The notes under the pieces were generated by a model that saw nothing but the letters and a program-made list of their open reading frames with translations, was not told the origin of the DNA and ran no database searches. The position numbers and the translations under genes were made by a program. Below are positions 42,638-50,694 of a stretch of 64,000 bases of DNA, piece by piece. The stretch spans positions 18,908 through 82,907 of the forward strand of contig CABULU010000002.1 of assembly GCA_902492505.1 (NCBI GenBank). The letters are read 5' to 3'. Position 1 is the stretch's first letter, and the number at the start of each line of letters is the position of its first letter. This stretch comes from an uncultured Eubacteriales bacterium (lineage in GTDB: Bacteria; Bacillota; Clostridia; Oscillospirales; QAKW01).

Positions 42638-43132
42638 TTACAATGTAGAAATTATTTCTGCTGTTTGATATTCATTTATATTTGATGTGTCGATTTTTAG
42701 TGTTTTTAAAGAACTATAACAAGCAAGACGGTTAACGCTTCGATCAATTATATCATTGTTTCGTTTTCCCGATAATATATCTTTTTCTAAACGCTTTATC
42801 AGATTTTTTTGATCACATACAAGCGAAATATTTATAATTTCACAATCAGACAAATTGATACGTGATAAGATTGTATCTATAATTTCCTGATTATGCAAAA
42901 CCCAACAAAATATTATATTTTCAATTTCATTACAGCCAATAAAATTGTTCAGCATATAACAGATATTATCCAAAACTAATTTTTTCGTACAGCTGTTTAC
43001 TATAAACGGATTAATATCCCAGCACCAATCGCCGTCAAGCATTACGCTCATATCAAGACGTTTTTTCAGTATATTACAAACTGTTGTTTTTCCAACGCCC
43101 ATCGTACCGCCAATTATATATAATTTTTTCAT
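42638..43132 (-). CDS. Small P-loop NTPase / nucleotide-kinase-like protein (AAA-family annotation class)
   Basis: 164 aa. Walker A 'GGTMGVGKTT'. GC is roughly 23-33% in two 60-nt lines counted by hand, against about 40-43% in neighbouring genes. Confidence 0.6.
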   Translation of the reverse strand: MKKLYIIGGTMGVGKTTVCNILKKRLDMSVMLDGDWCWDINPFIVNSCTKKLVLDNICYMLNNFIGCNEIENIIFCWVLHNQEIIDTILSRINLSDCEIINISLVCDQKNLIKRLEKDILSGKRNNDIIDRSVNRLACYSSLKTLKIDTSNINEYQTAEIISTL

Positions 43133-43926
43133 TTTTTGCTTAGATAATTATAAAGCTCACGTACATTTTTGTAAATAAATGTAGGAGAAAAATCAAATTC
43201 CTTTAAGTCATTTAGTGTAGATTCACCGCTTAGCATCAACATTGTATCTATGCCGGCGTTATGACCGCTCGCAATATCGGTGTACAATCTATCTCCTAAA
43301 AGCACAGACTGTTCCTTTGTAAAACCGGATTTTTCAACAGCAAGCTCAACCATTGTAGCTTCCGGTTTTCCTATAAACTTAGGCTTGCGTTTTGTGGCAT
43401 TAAAAAGCATTTGCGCCACCGAACCGCAATCAGGTACGTAACCGTATTCCGTAGGGCACACCCAGTCCGGATTGGTAGCAATGTAGTCTACTCCCCTGCC
43501 CAATAAAATAGAAGCATCCTCCAGCTTTTGAAATGTAAGCTCGGTATCAAAGCCCATAACAAGACAGTCGATATCATCCGCAAGTTCATCGGTTATATTA
43601 AGACCGTACAAAGATAGCTCTTCCTTTAAAGATCTTGTACCAAATACATAAATTTTATTTGTTTTATTATGCTTTTGAAGATACAGCCCCGTTGCCTGCG
43701 CTGAGGTAGTAAAATCCTCTTTATGGGCAGCAATGCCCATTTTATCAAGCTTTTCTATGTATTTATCCACGCTTTTGGATGAATTGTTTGTTAAGAACAT
43801 GTATCTGCCGCCGTTTCCTTTGACCCAGTTTAAAAAATCAATCGTACCGTCAAAAATCTCATTGCCGAGATATATTGTTCCGTCCATGTCAAGCAGAAAC
43901 AGTTTCTTATCACGAAGTTCAGACAT
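43129..43926 (-). CDS. HAD-IIA family hydrolase (NagD/YutF-like sugar-phosphate phosphatase)
   Basis: 265 aa. 'FLLDMDGTIY', 'FLTNNS', 'GKP', 'LGDRLYTDI'. Confidence 0.8.
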   Translation of the reverse strand: MSELRDKKLFLLDMDGTIYLGNEIFDGTIDFLNWVKGNGGRYMFLTNNSSKSVDKYIEKLDKMGIAAHKEDFTTSAQATGLYLQKHNKTNKIYVFGTRSLKEELSLYGLNITDELADDIDCLVMGFDTELTFQKLEDASILLGRGVDYIATNPDWVCPTEYGYVPDCGSVAQMLFNATKRKPKFIGKPEATMVELAVEKSGFTKEQSVLLGDRLYTDIASGHNAGIDTMLMLSGESTLNDLKEFDFSPTFIYKNVRELYNYLSKK

Positions 43927-43941
43927 TTATTATTCCTTTCA

Positions 43942-44307
43942 TTACATATGACAATGGTTTGAGTATTCAGATAGCTTCAGCACAAACACACCATTATTTA
44001 AAGTGAAACCCAAAGACTTTGCTGTCTGCTCATATTTACAAGGCAGTGTGACGACTCTGACTATCGAAACATCACATTTAAAAAGCAGAGCTTTAATTAG
44101 TCCGTCGGCTAACGCAAAATCGTCTGAAATGCAAGAAATAAATTTAATTTTCAGCTTATCCCCGCAGATTTCATATTGTATAAATCCAATTACGTCATCG
44201 TGTGAAAAAGCGCCGAGCAGAAAATCGTCAGAACCAAGCTTCAGCTGAAATTCATTTGCTAATTTATCTGCGATTTTTACGTCATTTATTTTTCGAATAT
44301 CTATCAT
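43942..44307 (-). CDS. Hypothetical small protein (possibly GNAT-like fold)
   Basis: Start refined to the ATG right after the sigK stop. No acetyl-CoA motif recognised; called only from ORF length and operon position. Confidence 0.35.
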   Translation of the reverse strand: MIDIRKINDVKIADKLANEFQLKLGSDDFLLGAFSHDDVIGFIQYEICGDKLKIKFISCISDDFALADGLIKALLFKCDVSIVRVVTLPCKYEQTAKSLGFTLNNGVFVLKLSEYSNHCHM

Positions 44308-44308
44308 T

Positions 44309-45001
44309 TTACTGTTGATCTTTCCCGTCAAATTTATATTTTAGTTTATCAAGTGCCTTCTTTTCTATACGTGAAACATAGCTACGCGAAATTCGCATTT
44401 TTTTTGCAACTTCTTTTTGTGTAAGGCTTTTTGTATTATAAAGACCGTAACGCATGGTTATTATCATTTTTTCTCGTTCCGGCAGATCCTTGATGTATGA
44501 ATACAGACGTTTTGTGTTTATTTTGAGGTCAATGCAGTCGGCGATATCATCTTCCTGACATACAATGTCCATATATGTCAGCGAATTTCCGTCATCGTCA
44601 ACGTCAATCGGATCGCTTATAAAAGTCTCATTTTGCGTTTTACGCTGCGAACGGAAAAACATTAAAATCTCATTTTCAATACATTTAGCGGCGTATGTTG
44701 CAAGCTTGGTTTTTTTTACCGGCTTGTATGACGTAATGCCTTTTATAAGACCTATTGTACCTATTGAAATTAAATCCTCCTGGTCAGAGCTGTTTGCATA
44801 ATATTTTTTGATAACGTGCGCGACCAGACGCAAATTCCGCTCAATAAGAATGTCTCTGGCTGCTTTGTCACCCTGAGCAAGCTTTTCAATGTAATATTGC
44901 TCTTCACTCGGAGTAAGCGGTTTCGGAAAAGATGCGCCGTTTGATATATATAATATCAAAAACATAAAATTATCAAAGAGACTGCTGAATAGTTCAAACA
45001 T
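44309..45001 (-). CDS. sigK: Sporulation sigma factor SigK (pro-sigma-K), uninterrupted
   Basis: 'YISNGASFPKPLTPSEEQYYIEKLAQGDKAARDILIERNLRLVAHVIKKY' and 'ISRSYVSRIEKKAL' parallel B. subtilis pro-sigma-K (YVKNNAFPQPLSSSEE..; ISRSYVSRIEKRAL). Confidence 0.85.
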   Translation of the reverse strand: MFELFSSLFDNFMFLILYISNGASFPKPLTPSEEQYYIEKLAQGDKAARDILIERNLRLVAHVIKKYYANSSDQEDLISIGTIGLIKGITSYKPVKKTKLATYAAKCIENEILMFFRSQRKTQNETFISDPIDVDDDGNSLTYMDIVCQEDDIADCIDLKINTKRLYSYIKDLPEREKMIITMRYGLYNTKSLTQKEVAKKMRISRSYVSRIEKKALDKLKYKFDGKDQQ

Positions 45002-45048
45002 ATAATCACCCTTGATAATATATATGTCAGCCAAATTTTCGTATACCG

Positions 45049-45078
45049 TGAAAAAATAGCCGCAATGCGACTATTTTT
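45049..45078 (-). terminator. Terminator after lysC
   Basis: On the - strand: ATAGTCGC-att-GCGGCTAT (8 bp including one G-U) followed by a T-run. Confidence 0.55.
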
Positions 45079-45083
45079 ATCAT

Positions 45084-46292
45084 TTATTTATTTATAAATT
45101 TAGAGTGGATTGTATTGACTGCTATATCTGCAAGATCTTTGTCGATAAGCACGGAAATTCTGATTTCACTTGTAGAAATCATCTGTATATTTATATGTGC
45201 GTCATACAGTGCTTCAAACATCTTTGCAGCAACACCGGTATTGTTTATCATGCCGGCGCCTACTATCGATACTTTTGCTATCGATGTGTCAGATATTACC
45301 TCTGATGCACCGAACATTTCTTTGTTTTCATTTATTACCTCAAGAGCTGTTTCGAGTGATGAGAGAGTTGTTGTAAATGAAATATCTTTTTTAGAGTCTC
45401 GTCCGACGGATTGTAAAATAATATCAACATTTACGCCCTTTTTAGCAAGAAGCGAAAACATATGAAATGCAATACCCGGCTCATTGTTTACACCTATAAC
45501 AGAAATTCTTGCAACGTCGCAGTCTTTTGCTACGCTGCTGACTAACATTTTTTCCACAAATATTCCTCCTTTAACCTCTGTACCCGGCTTCCTGCTAAAG
45601 CTGGAGAGAACCTCCAATTTAACATTATATTTTTTAGCCATTTCAACACTTCTGTTATGCAGAACCTGCGCACCGCAGGAAGCAAGCTCCAGCATCTCAT
45701 CATATGATATTTCACTGCGAAGCACTGCATCCTTTACCTTGCGCGGATCCGCAGAATAGACACCGTCTACATCGGTATATATTTGACATGCATCTGCTTT
45801 TAAAGCCGCTGCAAGCGCCACGGCGCTTGTATCCGAACCGCCGCGTCCGAGCGTTGTTATATCGTCGTATTTATTAATACCCTGAAATCCCGCAACAATT
45901 ACAATGTTATGTCTGTCAAGCTCTCTTGCAACACGTTCGGATTCTATCTTTTTGATTCTGGCAGCATTATATGCGCTGTCTGTCATAACGCCCGCCTGCC
46001 AACCGGTTAGAGAAATTACAGGAAAGCCAAGTCCTTGAATAGCCATGGCAAGCAGTGACATAGAAATCTGCTCACCTGTTGAGAGTAGCATATCCATTTC
46101 CCTTTTAGAGCTTTTGGGGTTGATTTCCTGAGCTTTTGCAATAAGGTCATCGGTTGTATCACCCTGTGCGGAAACAACAACCACAACATCGTTTCCGGCC
46201 TTATAAGTGGTAGTTACAATATCTGCAACATTTCTGATGCATTCGGCATTAGCTACCGATGAACCGCCGAATTTTTGAACAATTAATCCCAT
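45084..46292 (-). CDS. lysC: Aspartate kinase
   Basis: 402 aa. 'IVQKFGGSSV', 'GRGGSDTSAVALAA', two C-terminal ACT domains. Confidence 0.93.
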   Translation of the reverse strand: MGLIVQKFGGSSVANAECIRNVADIVTTTYKAGNDVVVVVSAQGDTTDDLIAKAQEINPKSSKREMDMLLSTGEQISMSLLAMAIQGLGFPVISLTGWQAGVMTDSAYNAARIKKIESERVARELDRHNIVIVAGFQGINKYDDITTLGRGGSDTSAVALAAALKADACQIYTDVDGVYSADPRKVKDAVLRSEISYDEMLELASCGAQVLHNRSVEMAKKYNVKLEVLSSFSRKPGTEVKGGIFVEKMLVSSVAKDCDVARISVIGVNNEPGIAFHMFSLLAKKGVNVDIILQSVGRDSKKDISFTTTLSSLETALEVINENKEMFGASEVISDTSIAKVSIVGAGMINNTGVAAKMFEALYDAHINIQMISTSEIRISVLIDKDLADIAVNTIHSKFINK

Positions 46293-46323
46293 TTTTCCTC
46301 ACCAATTTCTTATATAAACTCTT

Positions 46324-47547
46324 TTATATACTGAATACCCGTATAACGGCTGCCGCTTTACAAGAACATTTAGTCTCAAGCTTTGCCAACGCTTTATCAA
46401 AATCATATTCATTCAAATCTCCTGTTATGAAAACAAGACTGTCGGCCTCTTGCGTACATTCTAAAACTGTAAATGCTTCTTGGATATCCGCACGTGTAAT
46501 ACCGCTGATAAATCTGACATATCGTTTGCAGAGCATCTTTTTATAATCCTGAATAAAGCTGCCGTCAGATGATTTCCAGTAAAGATATTTGCGCGCCTTG
46601 ATATGTTTTGCGCAGTCTATAACGTCAGCTACAACAGCAGACGCTGTTGGGAGCTTGCCTGCTCCCCTGCCGTAAAACAGTGAAATTCCCACTGCGTCGC
46701 CTTCCACAAGTATTGCATTATATACATCTTCAACGCCCGAAAGAGGAATGGATTTTTCCACAAGAAAGGGAGCAACCATTATAAACAATGTATTGTCATC
46801 ATTTTTGCGTATCGTGCCAAGCAGCTTAACTGAGTATCCCATTTTATCCGCATAACGTATATCTTCAAGCTTTATTTCTGTAATTCCCTCGGTATAAACC
46901 TTATCGGGATTTACGTGCTCACCGTAGGCAAGCGACGCCAAAATAGCAATTTTACGGCATGAGTCGATCCCTTCTATATCTGCAGCCGGATTTGCCTCAG
47001 CGTAACCGAGTTGTTGAGCATTTTTCAGCGCATCTTCAAAGGAATAGTTTTCTTTAACCATTTTTGTAAGGATAAAATTAGTAGTTCCGTTAAGAATGCC
47101 AGAGATAGATTCGATTTCATTTGCAGCAAGACATTGATTTATCGGTCTGATAATCGGTATGCCTCCTCCGACGGATGCTTCAAACAAGAAGTTTTTATTA
47201 TTGTCTTTAGCTATCTGTAAAAGCTCGTCACCGTACACAGATACAAGCTCCTTGTTGGATGTAACCACGCTTTTACCCGCAAGCAGAGAATCTTTTACAA
47301 ACCGATAAGCCGGATTCAGCCCTCCGATTACTTCGACTACAACGTCAATTTCAGGGTCATTCAATATAATGTTAAAGTCCTTGATAAACAAATGCTTAAA
47401 CGGACTGTCATTAAAATCTCTTATATCAAGTATATATTTAATTTCGATATCCGTACCTGCTTTGGCATTAATACTTTCGGGATTTTTATGCATAAGCTCT
47501 ACAACGCCGCTTCCGACAACACCGTAGCCTAATACTGCAATTTTCAT
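46324..47547 (-). CDS. hom: Homoserine dehydrogenase
   Basis: 407 aa. 'IAVLGYGVVGSGV', 'LNGTTNFILT', C-terminal ACT domain. Confidence 0.92.
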   Translation of the reverse strand: MKIAVLGYGVVGSGVVELMHKNPESINAKAGTDIEIKYILDIRDFNDSPFKHLFIKDFNIILNDPEIDVVVEVIGGLNPAYRFVKDSLLAGKSVVTSNKELVSVYGDELLQIAKDNNKNFLFEASVGGGIPIIRPINQCLAANEIESISGILNGTTNFILTKMVKENYSFEDALKNAQQLGYAEANPAADIEGIDSCRKIAILASLAYGEHVNPDKVYTEGITEIKLEDIRYADKMGYSVKLLGTIRKNDDNTLFIMVAPFLVEKSIPLSGVEDVYNAILVEGDAVGISLFYGRGAGKLPTASAVVADVIDCAKHIKARKYLYWKSSDGSFIQDYKKMLCKRYVRFISGITRADIQEAFTVLECTQEADSLVFITGDLNEYDFDKALAKLETKCSCKAAAVIRVFSI

Positions 47548-47560
47548 TAATTTGTTCCTT

Positions 47561-47998
47561 TCAGTTTTTTCCTATTACCTCAACCTTAAGTATTCCGCTA
47601 ACCTTTGAAATTATTTCAACAAGCTCGTCCGGCGTACAAGTGAGCTCCCGTGTTGTCAGCGACACGGTAACGGGCGCAATATCATCAAACGGAATATTTT
47701 GATTTATAGTAAGAATACTTGCGCCGTAATTTGATAATAATGTTAATAGGCTGGAAAGCAATCCCTTTTGATCGCTCAGTATAAGATTAAGTGACAGTAT
47801 ATGTGCTTCGCTGCTGTCTACATATACGGAGACGTCATCTTTATACTTGTAAAAGGCGCTTCGCGAAATACCTGCTTCTTTTGCGGCTTCATTGACTGTT
47901 TTACATTTTCCCGTATATAAAAGCTTTTTAACCATAACGACTTTTTCATATACGGAAGGTAGCGCATTTTTATTTATAATATAGTATTTTTCGTCCAT
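47561..47998 (-). CDS. UPF0735 ACT-domain protein (PheB-like)
   Basis: 145 aa. 'ISRSAFYKYKDDV' matches B. subtilis PheB 'LSRSAFYKYRDAV'; C-terminal ACT domain. Confidence 0.8.
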   Translation of the reverse strand: MDEKYYIINKNALPSVYEKVVMVKKLLYTGKCKTVNEAAKEAGISRSAFYKYKDDVSVYVDSSEAHILSLNLILSDQKGLLSSLLTLLSNYGASILTINQNIPFDDIAPVTVSLTTRELTCTPDELVEIISKVSGILKVEVIGKN

Positions 47999-48056
47999 TT
48001 AAGCACCGCCTGTGTATTCGCAAGAAAAACAAGTGTATCTGCACGATGTACATAAT

Positions 48057-48085
48057 ATCATATTGGCACTTATTTTTCAAGTCAA
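48057..48085 (-). promoter_or_regulatory. Putative sigma-A promoter for the pheB-like-hom-lysC operon
   Basis: On the - strand: TTGACT, 17 nt, TATGAT. Confidence 0.45.
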
Positions 48086-48122
48086 AACCAAGAAAAAGAA
48101 TTAAAAACGGGGATTTTTATGT

Positions 48123-49211
48123 ATGACTAATAATTCAAATAGCAAAAAGATAAGTTTTATCATCAATATTGTATATATTATGATAATTTTATTTGTCATA
48201 TATATTATTCTGCGTTATGCATTTCCCGTATTTTTACCGTTTATTATTGCTCTCGCAGTCAGTTACCTAGCTGAGCCTGCAATTAAATTTTTAACATCTA
48301 AGTTGAAGATAAAAAGAAGCATTTGTTCTGTGGTATGTATAACATTTCTCTTATTTTTACTTATCGGAGCTTTCGCTTTAATGTCGGTAACGGTTATTTC
48401 AAAGCTAAAACAGATGTATGAAGATATGCCGAAAATCATTGAGCAAATTACTGCATATTTTGACAATCTAAGAATAAAAAATGACTATGATCTGATAACT
48501 CCATTTGAACAACTAACGCTCAGGTTATTTGAATATTTAAAAAATATTGATATAATCACGTTGTTCAGCGGAAGTTTCGGAAGCGTTGCATTACGCTCAT
48601 TCTCCGGATTTGTAGCTACTATTCCGTATGCGCTGATGACTCTTATTATCACCTTTGTATCGTCTATTTTCATATCTGTTTCATTTTGTGAAATCAAAAC
48701 ATTTATATTGATGCAATTCAGCGAAAATAACAGACAACTGATTTTTGAAACCAAACGAAGTACAGCAGGGATATTTAAAAATTATGTAAAATCCTATGCA
48801 GCACTTATGCTTATTACTTTTTTAGAATTAACACTGTTTTTTATAATATTTGATATAAAACCCGCCGCTTCAATCGCACTAATAATCGCTGTGGTGGATA
48901 TCCTGCCGGTGCTCGGAGTCGGAACGGTCATGATACCATGGGCGATCATATGCTTTATAGGTGGAAATATTACAAAAGGATTGATTCTATTATCAATTTA
49001 TGCTGTAATCACCATTGTCAGGCAAATAATAGAGCCTAAAATTATAGGTGAAAATATCGGTTTGCATCCAATTGTTACGTTAATTGCCATATATGTCGGT
49101 CTGAAGCTTTTGGGAATACTCGGTATGTTTATAATGCCGATACTGATAATGCTTGCAAGGGACTTACAAAAAAAGGGGTATATTCATCTATGGAACGAAA
49201 AAAACAGTTGA
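48123..49211 (+). CDS. AI-2E family transporter / sporulation integral membrane protein YtvI-like
   Basis: 362 aa, about 8 TM helices. 'DILPVLGVGTVMIPWAI' and 'IVRQIIEPKIIGENIGLHP' are typical of PF01594. Confidence 0.7.
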   Translation: MTNNSNSKKISFIINIVYIMIILFVIYIILRYAFPVFLPFIIALAVSYLAEPAIKFLTSKLKIKRSICSVVCITFLLFLLIGAFALMSVTVISKLKQMYEDMPKIIEQITAYFDNLRIKNDYDLITPFEQLTLRLFEYLKNIDIITLFSGSFGSVALRSFSGFVATIPYALMTLIITFVSSIFISVSFCEIKTFILMQFSENNRQLIFETKRSTAGIFKNYVKSYAALMLITFLELTLFFIIFDIKPAASIALIIAVVDILPVLGVGTVMIPWAIICFIGGNITKGLILLSIYAVITIVRQIIEPKIIGENIGLHPIVTLIAIYVGLKLLGILGMFIMPILIMLARDLQKKGYIHLWNEKNS

Positions 49212-49236
49212 CAAAGTAAATCAACAGGTTTATAAT
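49208..49236 (+). promoter_or_regulatory. Consensus sigma-A promoter driving the THF riboswitch
   Basis: Perfect TTGACA, exactly 17 nt, perfect TATAAT. The -35 overlaps the ytvI-like stop codon. Confidence 0.65.
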
Positions 49237-49243
49237 CGTATGC

Positions 49244-49339
49244 ACAGAGTAGAAATACACGCGTAAAGTGTTCTGCGGACGGGGAGTTGCCGCAGAAACG
49301 AAAAGCTTATCTTGCGGTGTGTGTTTCGCATCCCGCTGT
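49244..49339 (+). promoter_or_regulatory. THF (tetrahydrofolate) riboswitch aptamer
   Basis: ACAGAGUAG...CGCGUAAAGUG...GGGGAGUUG...ACGAA...GCGGUG...GCAUCCCGCUGU follows the conserved blocks of the E. siraeum THF aptamer as I recall it (AGAGUAG / CGCGUUAAGUG / GGGAUGU / ACGAA / GCAUCCGCU). P1 is ACAG/CUGU. Confidence 0.8.
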
Positions 49340-49358
49340 TGAACTTTATAAAGAATTT

Positions 49359-49397
49359 AACCTCCTTATAAATTTCAGCAGAAATTTTAAGGAGGTT
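49359..49397 (+). promoter_or_regulatory. Expression-platform hairpin sequestering the SD of the downstream transporter
   Basis: AACCTCCTTA pairs with TAAGGAGGTT (10 bp), plus an inner 6 bp (AAATTT/AAATTT), with loop CAGCAG. The SD AAGGAGG lies in the 3' arm, 6 nt before ATG 49403. Confidence 0.55.
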
Positions 49398-49402
49398 TTA
49401 TT

Positions 49403-49981
49403 ATGTCTGACTTTTTAAACTCAAAAACAAAATTCAATTCCCGTTTTACTGCGCAACGCCTGTGCACAGATGCAGTTCTTATTGCGCTTGTCGTCGTTTT
49501 TGATATCATTTCCATTAAAATCGGAAATGATATCAAAATAACATTTGGAGGTCTCCCCATTATACTGTGCACGCTGCTGTACGGAATTGCAGACGGCGCT
49601 ATCGTCGGTATGGCAGGCGCATTTATCGGTCAGCTTTTTACTTACGGATTAACTGCAACAACCGTTTTATGGATAATTCCCTCAGGCGTGCGCGCGTTAG
49701 TGATAGGATTGTTGTTTATTGCTTTTAAAAAATCCATAAATCCTGTTTTACTAACCATAAGCATGATTATAAGCTCAATTGCAGTTACATTTGTCAACAC
49801 AGGTGTAATGTACATAGACAGCCTTGTTTATCATTATCCTCACGGTATAGTGCTTATTACTACTATATTTAGATTTGTAAGCGGAATATTGTCCGCCGTA
49901 ATTTATTCGGCAATAATTTGTCCTATATTATATGCTGTTAAAAGACACGCTAAAAGCAACAGATTTAGCTCCGAAACATAA
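49403..49981 (+). CDS. folT: ECF-transporter S component, probably folate-family (FolT-like)
   Basis: 192 aa, 5-6 TM helices. 'LIALVVVFDIISIKIG..ITFGGLPIILCTLLYG'. Substrate assigned from the THF riboswitch upstream. Confidence 0.65.
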   Translation: MSDFLNSKTKFNSRFTAQRLCTDAVLIALVVVFDIISIKIGNDIKITFGGLPIILCTLLYGIADGAIVGMAGAFIGQLFTYGLTATTVLWIIPSGVRALVIGLLFIAFKKSINPVLLTISMIISSIAVTFVNTGVMYIDSLVYHYPHGIVLITTIFRFVSGILSAVIYSAIICPILYAVKRHAKSNRFSSET

Positions 49982-49983
49982 AA

Positions 49984-50694
49984 TTAATACAAAGGAATTA
50001 TCGAGCCAATATCGCAAAGCCCTGAATTTGTGTGATATATCGGCTCGATTTTTTCTTTTTCAAGGACGTTAATAAGATTTTCAAAACACTCAAGCTTTGA
50101 TATATCGCCGTTAAAAAACAACTTGTCTTTGTCAATCAGTCCACAGGTGCCGCCCCAAAAGCCGTGGTCATAGCCTGCAAGCCCTATTTCATCATCGGGT
50201 AAAATGTAAGTTCTTATACCGCTTTGGGCTGCTGCTGTTGATATAGAACGGTCTGAAGTAATCAATGCGTTTTCATTAAGTATACAAATATTGCATTTTG
50301 TATAGCCCTGATTTACCGTGATACAATCAAATTCGCAGAGCTGAAGCTTTTCCTGCTGATATCTTGTCGAAAAGCATTTTTTTTGCATAACCGTTATATT
50401 AAGCAAACAGTCGTTCGGATATGGTGAATGAATACCGTATACAGGCAGCAGTAGGTAATCAGGTAAAAACTCTTTGTATTTAATATAAGCGTCACTGCAA
50501 ACAAGTGCCTTTTTCTCCCCTATCGGCACAAACTGCATATCCGGATGCGTGGCAGTGCTGTCGGTGATGTCAGGCAGTTTCATTGAAAAAAACACCTGTA
50601 TTCCGTATTCTTTCAGCTTATTCAGCGCTCCGTTTGATATATTGCGATCTGCAAGCACTGCCTTAACGGGAGATTCAGGTAAGTTAGGAGTCAT
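49984..50694 (-). CDS. Conserved hypothetical protein, possible GME-fold (guanidino-modifying-enzyme-like, DUF6873-type)
   Basis: 236 aa. 'THPDMQF', 'VNQGYTKCN', 'GFWGGTCGL'. Its start overlaps the radA stop by 11 nt. Confidence 0.4.
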   Translation of the reverse strand: MTPNLPESPVKAVLADRNISNGALNKLKEYGIQVFFSMKLPDITDSTATHPDMQFVPIGEKKALVCSDAYIKYKEFLPDYLLLPVYGIHSPYPNDCLLNITVMQKKCFSTRYQQEKLQLCEFDCITVNQGYTKCNICILNENALITSDRSISTAAAQSGIRTYILPDDEIGLAGYDHGFWGGTCGLIDKDKLFFNGDISKLECFENLINVLEKEKIEPIYHTNSGLCDIGSIIPLY

